From contig OX597823.1 of assembly GCA_951406725.2 (NCBI GenBank), forward strand, positions 60,450,001-60,514,000: DNA of 64,000 nucleotides. Direction: 5' to 3'. Shown here in pieces: positions 1 through 12,368 of the stretch. Position 1 is the stretch's first letter. Each line of letters opens with the position of its first letter. Under the pieces are notes generated by a model. The model was not told where the DNA came from. It ran no database searches and worked only from the letters and a program-made list of their open reading frames with translations. The DNA is from Octopus vulgaris. Taxonomy: Eukaryota. A program made the position numbers and the translations under genes.

Positions 1-540
1 TATGATGCGTGTGTACGAACAGCCATGCTACATGGCAGTGAAACATGGGCCGTGACTGCTGAGGATATGCGTAAGCTCGCTAGAAATGAAGCCAGTATGC
101 TCCGATGGATGTGTAATGCCGGTACTCACACTCGGCAGAGTGTAAGTACCTTGAGAGAAAAGCTGGACCTAAGAAGCATCAGTTGTGGTGTGCAAGAGAG
201 ACGTTTGCGCTGGTATGGTCATGTGGCGAGAATGGATGAAGATAGTTGTGTGAAAAAGTGCCACACCCTAGCGGTTGAGGGAACCTGTGGAAGAGGCAGA
301 CCCAGGAAAACCTGGGACGAGGTGGTGAAGCACGACCTTCGAACTTTAGGTCTCACTGAGGAAATGACTAGAGACCGAGACCTCTGGAAGTGTGCTGTGC
401 GCGAGAAGACCCGGCAGGACAAGTGAGTCCATAACCCATGGCCTTCTACATGGGATGGAGCCGGCCTACGTATGCATACCTTCCCTTCTTGGGACACAAA
501 ACTCTACTTGTGAAGACGTGTTGAGGCAAGTGAGGATCAG
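1..540 (+). mobile_element. RTE-clade LINE 3' end (ORF C-terminus 1-426 plus 3' UTR), runs off window start
   Basis: ORF MLHGSETWA...RRLRWYGHVARM...GRGRPRKTW matches the typical RTE post-RT C-terminal motifs; ends in an AT microsatellite. Confidence 0.9.
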
Positions 541-589
541 ATAATATATATGTATATATATATATAATATATGTATATATATATAATAT

Positions 590-700
590 CTGGCACCAGT
601 GCGGGTGGCACGTAAAAAGCACCCACTACACTCACGGAGTGGTTGGCATTAGGAAGGGCATCCAGCCGTAGAAACACTGCCAGATTTGACTGGGCCTGAT
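590..700 (+). mobile_element. SINE family C fragment (central domain GGCATTAGGAAGGGCATCCAGCC)
   Basis: Same sequence as copies at 8815-9037, 29326-29685 and 42785-43070. Confidence 0.75.
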
Positions 701-752
701 ATGAATAAATGAAAGAATGGAGTCGAACGAAGATATTAACAAAATTCCTTTA

Positions 753-834
753 CTCTCGACACATGTTTCAAAGACAGCATGTTTTCATTCCAAAGGAATA
801 AAGGGTGCATTATGCAATCTTCTCATCAGGAAAG
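753..834 (-). ncRNA. Minimal type I hammerhead ribozyme
   Basis: Minus strand: ctttc-CTGATGA-gaaga...tcttt-GAAAC-atgt-GTC^-gagag; stems I and II pair. Confidence 0.8.
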
Positions 835-1113
835 AAAGGGACCCTCTCTCGACAACAAGACAAACAAAAATTTCGATGATTGCCTACATGGTAAACAAAG
901 TGATAATGAGTGTTTTTTTAAAAAAACCGTTAGAAGAATTGACGTCAAAAATAGATAGTAGGAAGAGAAGGGATAAAGTAATAATAGGTAGGGAACAAGT
1001 GGAGAGGGAAGAGTACATTGATTGAAAGAATGTTCGAAGGCTTAGGAAAGAATTTCTCTATAGAAGTGGGGTGGACGTAAAGCTAATTGTTCAAACCACA
1101 GTGACTATCGTTA

Positions 1114-1695
1114 TCATTTATATTTATATGAGTAGAAAGTGTGTTTCTGCCAGTGTTTACATTTGTATGATTTTTCTATGAGTGTGTTTACTAGGGGAAC
1201 CTTAGAGAAAAGAATATGGAAGAGTTCAGAGTTACAAATGTTACAAAATCTCCTGCCCTTATCAAAAGGAAAGGATACAGACAGTATGAACCAATCTAAC
1301 TTGAAAATTATATTGTTGTCTTTAAGACGCCAAACTAATTTACTTAGCCCTGTACTATGTCGTTTTTTACTATCCCTAAATGCTGAGTAGTGGTTTGAAA
1401 TTCTCTTGGATAACTGGGAAGTGGACGCTCCTATATAGAAGAAGACATCGGTACCGGAAGAAATTCTACGCTGGTAAATAGAATTCTTAATCTTAAAATT
1501 ACTACACAAAAATTTAATTCTGTTGGGGTTGTCCTCCGAGATCGAAACGAAGTTTTTATTGTTATGATTGTTGTTACTATTATTATTAGCGCTAACAACT
1601 ACACTATTTCTATTATTATTACTATTATTAATGGTATTACAACCAGTAATACCACCCTTTATAATGCACCCTTTATTCCTTTGGAATGAAAACAT
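1114..1695 (-). CDS. PLE GIY-YIG endonuclease domain ORF (no RT); N-terminus derives from the inverted repeat and an Asn-rich linker
   Basis: SIYQ...FYIGAST..LSKRISNH...TGLSKLVW.LKD...W.IL...CNICNSE...LVN..E..YKCKH, the PLE endonuclease pattern. Confidence 0.8.
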   Translation of the reverse strand: MFSFQRNKGCIIKGGITGCNTINNSNNNRNSVVVSANNNSNNNHNNKNFVSISEDNPNRIKFLCSNFKIKNSIYQRRISSGTDVFFYIGASTSQLSKRISNHYSAFRDSKKRHSTGLSKLVWRLKDNNIIFKLDWFILSVSFPFDKGRRFCNICNSELFHILFSKVPLVNTLIEKSYKCKHWQKHTFYSYKYK

Positions 1696-1942
1696 GCTGT
1701 CTTCGAAACATGTGTCGAGAGTAAAGGAATTTTGTTAACATCTTCGTTCAACTCCATTCTTTCATTTATTCATATACAACACAAAAATTTCTACACATGA
1801 ACCCGGAGTTTCTACCCTTGACAGGTCGCTTCAACCGTGTTTCTGACGTGAATTTGCTACCCAGGTTTCGGTTAAACGAATTTTCCATGCTGACGATAAA
1901 CATAGGATAATTCATTCACCTACTTATATATAATATATATAT

Positions 1943-2310
1943 ATGTTGTATTTCAGGATGGTCGTTTCTTTCTTGCCAAATAAACACATGCACTATATAT
2001 TTGTTTTTCACTCATTTATTAGTGTACATATTTTATCTTATGTCTGTTGTCTGGAAATCTTTTGTCACACATCTGTGACCTCTTCAGCGACTCTTTCATC
2101 CATGTGCTTTCTCTGGAAGAGTTGCTGAAGAGGTTACAGATGTGTGACGAAAGATTTCCAGACAATAGGCCCAAGATAAAATAAATACACTAATAAATGA
2201 GTGAATAAACATGTACATGTGTTTATTTGGCAATAAAAAACTGACCAGCCAGAAATATAACAACATCTGTTTCAACACACGATTTCACATCAGAAATCTT
2301 GCAAAACAAA
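1943..2310. mobile_element. Palindromic PLE-like short element (arms about 1943-2097 / 2116-2268) with an HHR-like core in each arm
   Basis: Imperfect inverted repeat; CTGAAGA-g-gtcaca(gatg)tgtgac-GAAA motif. Confidence 0.7.
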
Positions 2311-2327
2311 TTCATAAATGCATACAT

Positions 2328-2810
2328 ATGTATAGACGATATGAAAGTCTCACAGAAAATAGAGAACCCCAGCAATGTTGCACACCTGCAGCAGGAGTTG
2401 GACTCAATTTACAGATGGGCTGAGGATAATAATATGCAGTTTAATGCTGAAAAATTCCAAACCCTGCGCTACCAGCATCCAAAACTGAATATATAAAACT
2501 TACAGAGTACACTGGTCCACAGGATTACAATCCTAGAGCCTAAATCAGTGAGGGACCTGGGTAACGACATGAGTGATGATGCCTCTTTCCAAGTGCACAT
2601 TAGCAGGATGGGGACAAAGTGTAGGCTAGATGGATCCTGAGAATGCTCAGAACCAGAGCAAAGAAAAAACCATGATGGTCCTCTGGAGGACATTCATCCT
2701 CAGCCACCTGGATTACTGCTCCCAGCTATGGCCACCCAACAGTGTAAAATTAACAACGGACCTTGAAGCAACCAGCGAAGCTTCGCAAAGAAGATCATCT
2801 CATTGCAACA
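2328..2810 (+). pseudogene. CR1/L2-like LINE reverse transcriptase fragment, frameshifted
   Basis: IDDMKV...LQQELDSIYRWAEDNNMQFNAEKFQ, DLG..MSDD.SF..HI, FILSHLDYCSQLW.P. Confidence 0.85.
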
Positions 2811-3146
2811 GCTTGTTTTTCGTAAAAAGTATTACTGGGGTAGTTCCCACATCTTACCGCATAAGGAATTTTTTTTATGCTATTGAGTAAAACTGCCTTC
2901 TGCCTTCTGCAATTAAATGTACTAAAATTTTGAGCAGATATATCTGCTTTCCATGTTCAAAGGGTTGTGATAACATTTCAGAATTTACATTATAATTATT
3001 TTTATTGATATTTTTGTTTGATCAGCACACTGATTTTCAACATTTTCCACCATGTTTCATGCAAATTACAAACCACCTCGAATCAAATACAAAAACAACA
3101 GGAAAAAATAAACACTCAATAGTTGTTGTTGTTGTTGTTGCTGTCC

Positions 3147-3409
3147 CAGCTCTCAATATTATTGAACATTTATGGTGCATTTTAGAAAAATAAGTAAGGA
3201 GTTGATATCCTCCACCATCATCCCTACAAGAACTGGAGACTGTTTTAGCTGAAGATTTGACAAAAATTCCTTTGGAAACAATTCAAACTTTGTATGAGTC
3301 CATACCTCATAGAATTCAAACTGTAATTACTGCCAAAGTCAGTCCTACCCCATATTGAAATAATTTGTTTGAAATTTTAAGGTATTTCCATTATTTTGTT
3401 CAACTCCTG
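3147..3409 (+). mobile_element. Tc1-like transposase C-terminal relic with right TIR
   Basis: LNIIEHLW.ILE...PPPSSLQELETVL...IPLETIQTLYESIP.RIQ.VI.AK..PTPY; ends CCTG/TA. Confidence 0.85.
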
Positions 3410-3424
3410 TATACATAAATTTGT

Positions 3425-3905
3425 GTGAATCTGTGTTGCAAGATTCTTGATGTGAAACCATGTATTAAAACAGCTATTGTATTTCAGGATGGTAATTTTT
3501 TTTTTTTTGCCAAATAAACACACACACTATGTATTCGTTCGTCACTCATTTATTACTGTTCATATTTTAACTCATGTCCATTGTCCAGAAACCGTTCATC
3601 ACACATCTGTGACCTCTTCAGCAACACTTTCTGTCTTCCTGCTCCACTTAGGAGTGTTCATCCGTTCTTCTATGATGTGCATATAAAGATACACATCATA
3701 GAAGAACAGAATGGACTAAGCAGAGCAGGAGCACACATGAGGATGGAAAGTATCACTGAAGAGGTCATAAATGTGTGATGAAGGATTTCCAGACAATGGA
3801 TATGAGTTAAAATAAGGACAGTAATAAATGAGTGAAGAACGAATATATAGTGTGTGTATTTATCTGGCAAAAGAAAATTAATATGGCCATTTTGAAATGC
3901 AACAA
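3425..3905. mobile_element. Palindromic PLE-like short element, same family as 1943-2310
   Basis: Fold-back 3477-3905 centred near 3690; CTGAAGAGGTCA..GATGTGTGA-GAA in both arms. Confidence 0.7.
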
Positions 3906-4018
3906 TACATATATATATACATATATATATATACATGCATACATATATATATATACATATATATGTATATGTATATATATACATATATATGTATATATAT
4001 GTATATATATACATATAC

Positions 4019-4086
<68 letters not shown>

Positions 4087-4089
4087 GAG

Positions 4090-4960
4090 CCAGATTTTAC
4101 AGTATGTCAACATTGCATCAATCATCAAAGTGCCACTCTTCCATGGCACCAAAGACTGATCAATATCTCTTGGTGCTCAGTCATTGAGATGGGTCTATAT
4201 CTTTAGATGAGTCAATCAGAGGACCTTTGAAGTTTGTACAGAGATGTTCAAGTGACTGTACCAAGTTGTTAAATTTGGCATCAGGAGAATGGTGGCGTTC
4301 AGAGCATACAATGTATTTGTCACAAGTTTTTGTTCATATCTAAAGGAAACAGCAAGTCCAAAAATTTGATATAAATACCATAATCAAGTCATTCCAGGAG
4401 ACGACAAAGTTTATGTAAATCTGTGATTCCGGGAGATTATGGTAGAGGAGCATCTAGTAAGAACATTAGGTTTTCTCTGAGCAGCTTCCATGAAACAAGT
4501 TTGGGTGGTTGCTTCTTCCAAATTAAATAGTTCTCAAGGTACGTTTTGTTGAATACGATCAGAGATTTCAGAGATAAATAAATCTCCAATGCTCTCTTCT
4601 CAATATGCATCAAGAATTACATTCCTAACCTGATTGCATTTGATGAAGTTGTATACAACTGCTACATGCGATTCAATATATTTACCTGGTTATCATTTTG
4701 TAACTGCGAATGGAATCTGCAACGAACTGTATTATGCAGTTTTACAAAGAAGCTGTCTACAATAAGACTGAAAATTGAAGAGAGATGAAGTTAGTAAACA
4801 AAGTGAGTCTTCATTGTTCAGTTATATCATGGAATCCAACAAGTAAATTTAGGAATGTAGTTTCCTACATTCTTTGTGCTTGTACCCAATGAAGTATCAT
4901 CAAAGAGATGTGACCTAAAATTGTTTCTTTTATTGTTGTTGTATTTCATTGTGTAAGAAA
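4090..4960 (-). pseudogene. Highly degenerate Gypsy-type gag
   Basis: Manual translation with stops and frameshifts: TF.NLL...L.LFTNFIS, FVKLHN.VR.RF, PGKYIESHV, EESIGDLFISEI, LEEA.....EAAQR, then a decayed Zn knuckle. Confidence 0.6.
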
Positions 4961-5363
4961 ATGTTCCAGTGTATTTCTTGGTTGAATTTATGAAAATATC
5001 CGTCAATTGTAAATAATGTAAATAATGTAAATAATGTAAATAATTTTCTTGTTTGGCTCATGTATATTGTGGCAGAAACTATTGCCAAGACTCAAATTAT
5101 AAAAAGATGAGGCAAACAATCAACTTCATTCTTCAAAGCATTAAATGTAAGCATATCTGCATTTACTGCAATTAGCTAATCACCAGCCTTTAATTACAAT
5201 GCCACACAAGGCACTTACTGGAACATAACAATAATGTTTTCTACTGTAACATTTTAAAATTATCAATGATAATTAGGAAGTTTGACAATGTATATATATA
5301 TCGTTAATGTTGCACAGAAGAGATTTGAACAAAATATATCTAAGTGAAGTCATGTTTAATATA

Positions 5364-5922
5364 TTATGTTGTCCAGAAAGTTCATGCCGATTTATAGTAG
5401 CTTACCATTCGACTTATTTTAGAACATGGTTGAGTCCATAAAATAGGATTTGACTACACCTCCATTTAGAGCACAGTTTAAGCTATCTTTTCATGGAAGA
5501 AGGTTTGTTCCTATAACCTGTGTTAATTCTGTAATCCTTTAAAATGGAAAATAAGTTCATTTTTGGCACTTGATGATTTGGGAACCAGACAAAAATCACT
5601 GCAGCTCAGCTGGGATGTGTTACCTCACCCTCCATATTCACAAGATATTGCTCCTTCGGATTTCCACTTATTCAGGTCTCTGCAGAATAGTCTTAATGGT
5701 TAAAATTTCAATTCCTTGGATGACATAAAAAGATACCTTGATGAATTCTTTGCCATGAAACCCCCTCAATTCTGGAAGAGGATATTTTCAAGTTAAATGA
5801 AAGATGGAGATGTATTGTGCAACAAAATGGTTCATATTTGGTTGATTAAAAATGTAATGGCAAGTATTTATTGACCTTTTTCTTTTCTTTAAAAATCGGC
5901 ACAAACTTTCCGGACAACACAA
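5364..5922 (+). mobile_element. Internally deleted mariner element with both TIRs and TA target duplication
   Basis: TIRs ttatgttgtccagaaagttcatgccgattt / aaatcggcacaaactttccggacaacacaa; WDVLPHPPYSQDIAPSDFHLFRSLQN. Confidence 0.92.
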
Positions 5923-5925
5923 TAT

Positions 5926-6069
5926 TTGATTGTAATCGAACATGATAAGACCTATCACTGCAAGAGTAGTCCTGAGGGAAAATGTATATTTACCCAAGTC
6001 CAGGAGAAGAATTTTCTCCAAGGACTATTCTAGCAGTGATATGTCTTATCTCAGCTGATTACAATCAAA
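5926..6069. mobile_element. Palindromic MITE-like element
   Basis: ttgattgtaatc..gataagac.tatcactgc.aga.tagtcct with its reverse complement on the other arm. Confidence 0.6.
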
Positions 6070-6254
6070 CATGTGTAACATCTGTGTGTGTGTGTGTGTG
6101 TGTGTGTGCACGTGTGTGTGTGCACGTGTGTGTGTGCACGTGTGTGTGCATGTTTTTATGTTTATGTATGTGTGTTTGTGTGTCTAAACTGGGTGTTCGA
6201 ATATATTTTCTATATAGTAGTATATTTGGCACTCAGACCAACCCTTCATAACAT

Positions 6255-6545
6255 AGATTGTTTTTAGAATCTCAATTTCAAAATACTATTAAATAGTTAA
6301 ACACCTGTCTATATAAATATAGACTGACTAGACAAAGTAATAATACCACTGTTTTTATTGGACTAAAGGAAGGAAGAAAATGTAGCAACAAAATCTTTAG
6401 ACTATCGAATGATATCTCTACGCATCTTATCATTTTTAGTTTAGTTCTTCTCCATCTCCGTTGTAAATATAAGTATTGAGAGAAGGACATTTCACTTGTT
6501 TACCAAACTGAAGTAGTGTGCAGCCTTCCACTTTTTCTTCTAAAT
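6255..6545 (+). repeat. Local direct repeat, copy 1 (copy 2 at 8360-8630)
   Basis: Shared ttttagaatct.aatttcaaaatac..ttaaatagttaaacacctgtcta...ggactaaagga. Confidence 0.8.
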
Positions 6546-6796
6546 ATTTGAGAAACTAATTATTGAAAACTCTAACTGTGGAATAGGTTATCAGTCATAC
6601 CAAACAAAAGTTTTGTTGCACCTGACCAAAATCAATACCATTTATTCACATTCATACAATCAAATGTGACAGCAATAACATTTAAACAACTGCTCGATAC
6701 TGTTCTATCGTTATTGGTAAATAACCAGACTGCAACCAAACTTAGAAATGACACAGCTGAATCATTTAATATATATATATATATATGCACACACAT

Positions 6797-6883
<87 letters not shown>

Positions 6884-8359
6884 CATATATATGCACATAC
6901 ATACATATATATATATATACATATATATATATATGTTCACTGTCTGTATTGATATTTATAACATAAAGGCAGCTTTCTCTTTGCAAATCCCCACCTGCTT
7001 AAGTAGATGGCCAATGTCAAGATATTCTAAGACCAAATATTAAGTGAGACAAGAAAAGAAAAAAAAAAAAATTCTTAACATAAGTATTTATACCCTAATT
7101 GACTCTTTTAGATTTCCAAAAGTGGGAAAACTAAAAAGTGGCTTTCTTTGTTTGTAGAATGCCTGTATTTAAGTTTGTTCTTGTTCATTTTGTTTCTGCT
7201 TTTTACCATTTTTTTTTTATTTTTTGGGAAGGGTTATTTTTGTCTTGTTGTTGGTGTATTTATTTGTCTGAATTTCATGATTCAACTTAGCATTCAAATT
7301 TTCTTTATCTCACAGGGTTATTTTGGAGATGAAATTTTTAGAAACTAGTTGAAGAAATAAAAAAAAAAATGGTCAATCATTTTTTTTTTTCAATCATCCC
7401 CTACCCCTACCTCTTTGAGTTTTATAATATAAAAGTAAAAATAATAGTGAATAATATTTTGGGTATGTTTTAGGGTTAAAAATACAAAGCTATGAAACTT
7501 GAAATAAGTTCTACATTAATAAAAAATATACATATTTTATGGTAGTTTATAGTACAATAAATTTCAAAGATCGAAATTTATTCCATCCCAATCTACAACA
7601 TTTGTAATGTTAATGGTAAGAATGAAAAACTTTGGAAATTGAATACAAAGAATTCTTTAATTTCATTTCATTTTTATTTCATTGTTCAGTTTGGAGAGCT
7701 TGTAAGGGACCTGGAGCAATATGGAATATAGTGTTCTCTTCATAATCACAAAAACAAAGTGCTTTTTTTATTTATGCACAAGGCCAGCAATCTTAAGACA
7801 AGGGGTTAATCGATGCTATCAACCGCAATACTTGATTGGGGCTTTATTTTATCAACCCCCCTCACACACACACACACAAAGGATAGAAAGTAAAGTTGAT
7901 CCCAGCAGGATTTGGACTCAGAACAGAATATTTGAATTGAAGGCATTTTAGCTGGTAATCCAATAGCTCAGCCATCTCATCTCTATATAGTACCATAGTA
8001 ACCATTCATGTAAATGGTTATTCATCAGTGTTAATTATTATGTAGGCCACTGGTCTTATTCAACGGACGCCTTAGCACAATCAAGGAGTTCTTTCTAACC
8101 ATGTGATTCTGGGTTGAATCTCATGGGGTAACATCTTAGGCAACTGTCTTTTGCCTTAACTTGAGGTTGATCAATAATTTATGAATGGAATTCGATGGAC
8201 AGAAATTGTTTGGTAATGTCATATATATGTATGCATATGTGTGTGTTGTGTGCGTGTGTGTGTGTATGTGTGTGTGTGCACACGTGCACATGTGTACTTG
8301 TGTGCTTTTGTGTGTATGTCTGTGTCACGGCATTTGTGTATGTATGGGTGTGTTATAAC

Positions 8360-8630
8360 AGTTTGTTTTTAGAATCTTAATTTCAAAATACCGTTAAATA
8401 GTTAAACACCTGTCTACATAAATATCGACTGACTAGACAAAGTAATAATTCTCTCTAATAAGTAATAAAACCACTGTTTTTATTGGACTAAAGGAGGGAG
8501 AAAATGTACCAATGAAATCTTCCAACTACTGATTTTGCTTTAGTTCATCTCCATCTCTGTAAGTTTTGAGTGGACATTTCACTTTTGTAATGAAACCGTA
8601 GTAGTGTTTAGCCTCTTTTCTTTTTGTTCT
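8360..8630 (+). repeat. Local direct repeat, copy 2
   Basis: Alignment to 6255-6545. Confidence 0.8.
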
Positions 8631-8812
8631 AAATGTTTGTGCAGAGATCTCAGAATCAGTTGTTCATCGAGTCTGCTTCCCAACCACATGCTTTTTAGGT
8701 TCAGTCTCTCTGCACAGAACTTTGGGCAAGTGTTTTCCTCTATAGCCCCATATCGAACAAAACCTTGTGAGTGGATTTGGAGGATGAAAACTGAGAGAAG
8801 TCCATCATATAT

Positions 8813-8814
<2 letters not shown>

Positions 8815-8844
<30 letters not shown>

Positions 8845-9037
8845 TTAGCGTCCGCTTTCCATGCTAGCATGGGTTGGACAGTTCAACTGGGGTCTGTGAA
8901 GCCAAAAGGCTGCATCAGGCCCAGTCTGATCTGGCAGTGTTTCTACGGCTGGATGCCCTTCCTAACGCCAACCACTCCGTGAGTGTAGTGGGTGCTTTTT
9001 ATGTGCCACCCGCACGGGTGCCAGACAGAGCTGGCAC
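8815..9037 (-). mobile_element. SINE family C with (ATG)n tail
   Basis: Tail GTCCAACCCATGCTAGCATGGAAAGCGGACG..AAATGATGATG; recurrent central domain. Confidence 0.8.
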
Positions 9038-9059
9038 ATACATATATATATATATATGG

Positions 9060-9546
9060 TGATGTGCTCTGCTTTAGAGAACCTGTCAAGCCAAGTGCAT
9101 ACTTGCTGGTGGCAAGTAAAAAAGTCAACCTTTGAGCATTGGGCTTCACAGAAGCAAAGTGGCTGAGTTTCTTTTGAGTGTTGGGCCTCACAGAGGTGAG
9201 GTAGTGCGTTCCTTTTGAGCACTGAGCTTCATGGAGGCAAAGTGGCTGAGTTCCTTTGGCATTATGCCATGCTTGAGAAGAAGGCCCATCAAGCTGAGCA
9301 AAATCATAGTTGTGGCAGATACCGGTGTCATACAAATGGCATCCATGCCAGTGACATGTAAAAGCACTCATTACACACTTGGATTGGTTGGTATTAGGAA
9401 CAGCATCCAACCATAGAAAACCATGCCAAATCAAACTGGAGCCTGGCACAGCCTGGCACAGCCTTCCAGCGTGCCAACCCAGTCAAACTGTCCAACCCAC
9501 ACCTACTTGGACAACGGACATTAAATGATAATGATGATGATGATGA
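9060..9546 (+). mobile_element. Long SINE family C-type copy with three internal 42-bp tandem units (about 9129-9255)
   Basis: Tandem ctttgagc.ttgggc.tcacaga.gcaaagtggctgagtt units; family C domain and tail. Confidence 0.7.
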
Positions 9547-9659
9547 TATATATATACATGATGGCTATCCATCCATGACCAAGGAAATCTCTCACTGACC
9601 ACTAAGAAAACTGTGCACTCAGACAAAATTACACTTTACACTTACAGCCCCATTGGTGA

Positions 9660-10175
9660 CTAATGAGCTCAGCTCTTGATAAATATTGCACATTCACTGA
9701 TGCTGTAGATGAAACTTCCTCATTCACTATACAGGTGCATTTTCAAGCAGCTCACTTGCAAAATGCATGTTTCTTAAAAAATTCCCACTCTTTCTTCCAC
9801 TTGTTTCCTCAATTGGTTGTAATGCAAACATTGATTTCCCAATTGACCTTCCATAGCCCACATGCCTTAAACAAAGACTTTATACAATCCTTGAATTGTG
9901 GTCTTGGGTTCTGCTGAGGATGCTTTCTATGAACAAGTTCACCATATAGCATCTGTTTAGGGATCCACTAACCATTCATCTGAACAATGTGTCAAGTCCA
10001 ACATAATTGGGGCTTGTGCACTATCATCTTAATGCCCAGGACGTCAGCTCCCTTTAAAATATCTGTGTATAGAGTCTGCAAGGACCACCCAACATTCAAA
10101 GTGTGTCTCAGATATCTCTTATGGAAGTATTCAAGGACAATTACATGATGCTCATAAAGGGTTCATATCTCCCAT
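9660..10175 (-). pseudogene. Degenerate RTE/BovB-like LINE C-terminal fragment
   Basis: TLY.HH...LE.FH.R.LR..L...W...QL.W..HIV.M....IPKQMLYGEL...FKDCIK..FK.CG. Confidence 0.8.
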
Positions 10176-10199
10176 AAGTAAATGAGTGCCTTAAGTTAA

Positions 10200-10432
10200 G
10201 GCGGTGAGCTGGCAGAAACGTTAGCAAGCCATGTGAAATGCTTAGCGGTATTTTGTCTGTCGTTATGTTCTGAGTTCAAATTCCACCAAGGTCGACTTTG
10301 CCATTCATCCTTTCGGGGTCGATTAAATAAGTACCAGTTATGCACTGGAGTCGATATAATCAACTTAATCCGTTTGTGTGTCCTTGTTTGTCTCCTCTGT
10401 GTGTAGCCCCTTGTGGGCAGTAAATAAATAAG
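10200..10432 (+). mobile_element. SINE family B (tRNA-like head, Nin/Deu-like domain)
   Basis: GGCGGTGAGCTGGCAGAA..GAGTTCAAATTCC..GCC.TTCATCCTTTCGGGGTCGAT.AAATAAGTACC. Confidence 0.85.
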
Positions 10433-10449
10433 TAAAAGAGTGACATCAA

Positions 10450-10740
10450 TACACTTGCATGATACTTGTCGACTTCTGTTAGTCTTGTGATGCCATGTTA
10501 GGATCAGACATGAAGCAAGCAAACAACTAGTTATAAGAGATAGTGGTGTCATGCAACTCGCATCCATGTCAATAGCACGTAAAACCACCCATTATACCCT
10601 TGGTATTAAGAATGGCATCCAGCCACAGTAACCATACCAAATCAGACTGGTGTCTGGTGCAGCCCTACAGCCTACCAGTCCTGGTCAAATCATTCAACAA
10701 ATGCCAGTACTGACAATCAATATTAAATGATTATGATGAT
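10450..10740 (+). mobile_element. SINE family C, degenerate
   Basis: Similarity to 9290-9546. Confidence 0.7.
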
Positions 10741-10759
10741 ATATAGTATAAAGTGGATT

Positions 10760-11045
10760 TTCCTGTCAAAGACGATGTATGAGCATTCAGCTTTTACCAT
10801 ATGACCCGCACAAAGGATTTGTTTATAGTGATTAAATGTCCATGCCACACATTAGCTCACTCTCTCCATGAAATCGACACTGTCTAATCAGGTGCACGGT
10901 GTGCCACACACCAGGTGTCAGAGTGATCACAGAATAATGTGAGATGAAGTGTTATGCTCAAGAACACAACTCACCACATAGTCTACGAATTGAACTCAGG
11001 ATCTAGCAATCCTAAGTGAAATACCCTAACCACTAGAGCAGGTAC
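10760..11045 (-). mobile_element. SINE family D-like, degenerate (second copy at 11555-11853)
   Basis: tgctcaagaacacaa...ctaaccacta head matching 61239-61576. Confidence 0.7.
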
Positions 11046-11068
11046 ACTCACTGATGATATTTAAATAT

Positions 11069-11197
11069 ACAGTAGTACCTCGGTTTTCAAACAACTCTGG
11101 TCATGAATGAATTGTGCTTTATCTCCTGTCGTTCTCATATTCATTTAATACAGTAGTACCTCGGTCTATGAATGCCTCTGATTTCGAATAAATTGTG

Positions 11198-11200
<3 letters not shown>
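11069..11200 (+). mobile_element. Two direct copies of a pogo/Tigger-like terminal motif
   Basis: TA-CAGTAGTACCTCGGT twice, about 80 bp apart. Confidence 0.45.
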
Positions 11201-11239
<39 letters not shown>

Positions 11240-11554
11240 TGAGCAGCATATGCGCATACGAAACCATCTATAATATACATATATATACTAAAACGTACAG
11301 ACGCATGTACATAGCTATATACCTATATAGACATATATAGGCGAGACATAAATATATATATATATGTACACGCACATGCATGCACACAAAATTTCCTCGT
11401 GTAAGCCTATACAAGTTAGTTGTTACAGGCAGAAGAAAGAGAAGGTAAACATTAAGATTCTAAGCAAAACTGTCTAATGAACGGGAATGTGAAACTCTGA
11501 GTAACAGTTTTTTTTTATACTTTTGCAGCTTTTTAATAATATATATATATAATG

Positions 11555-11853
11555 GACTCTTCTGCCATTAGACAACGTATGAAGGTTCGACAATTTCTGG
11601 CCAAACAACTACAGAGATGATTTGTTTATAGTGATCAAATGTTTGTGTTCACATAAGCTCACTCCCTCCATCAGATCGACATTACCTGTACAGGTGCAAT
11701 GGGAGCCACGTGTCAGATAACAAAATGATTGTAGAGCAACATGAAATGAAGTGCTTTGCTCAAGAACACATCACAACACCTGGTTTGGAAATTGAAACCA
11801 CAATCTTGCAGTTGTGAGTGCAACACTCTAACCACTAAGCCATGCACATTCAC
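11555..11853 (-). mobile_element. SINE family D-like, degenerate
   Basis: As for 10760-11045. Confidence 0.7.
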
Positions 11854-11877
11854 AACATATGTGTGTGTGTGTGTATA

Positions 11878-12064
11878 GGTGCAGGGGGGGCTGTTTGGTA
11901 AGTAGCTTGTTTACCAGCCACATGGGTCTGGATTCAGTCCTACTGCATGGCACTTTGGGCAAGTGTCTTCTACTAGAGCCTTGAGCTGGCCAAAGCTTTG
12001 TGAGTAGATTTGGTAGACAGAAACTGAAAGAAGCCCGTCATACATACATATGTATGTATGTATG

Positions 12065-12098
<34 letters not shown>

Positions 12099-12368
12099 TG
12101 TATGTATGTATGTATGTATGCATGCATGTATGTATGTATATATGTGTGTGTGTATATGTTTGTGTGTTTGTATCTGTCCTCTCCCAGTATTGCTTGACAA
12201 CCAATGCTGGTCTATTTACATCCCATAACTTAGCAGTTCGGCACAAGAGCCTGATAGAATAAGTACTAGTCTTACTAAGAATAAGTCCTGCCATCGATTT
12301 GCTCAACTAAAGGTGGTACTCCTGCATGGTCACAATCAAATGACTGAAACAAGTAAAAAAAATAAAAG
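11878..12368 (+). mobile_element. SINE family A (tRNA head, CORE-like CTTGGGCAAGTG, internal microsatellite, TAAAAGA tail)
   Basis: Alignment to 18187-18602. Confidence 0.88.

Larger units (their letters stand above)
700..1920 (-). mobile_element. Penelope-like element derivative: GIY-YIG ORF flanked by about 114-bp inverted pseudo-LTR segments (700-813 / 1661-1774)
   Basis: Near-perfect inverted repeat, GIY-YIG ORF, and a hammerhead downstream of the ORF. Confidence 0.85.

Noticed and set aside
717-1025. 102-aa plus-strand ORF
   Set aside because: Antisense to the PLE 3' region and hammerhead; no protein motif
4687-4768. Apparent minus-strand exon with good splice sites
   Set aside because: Lies inside the degenerate Gypsy gag relic, which explains the open frame
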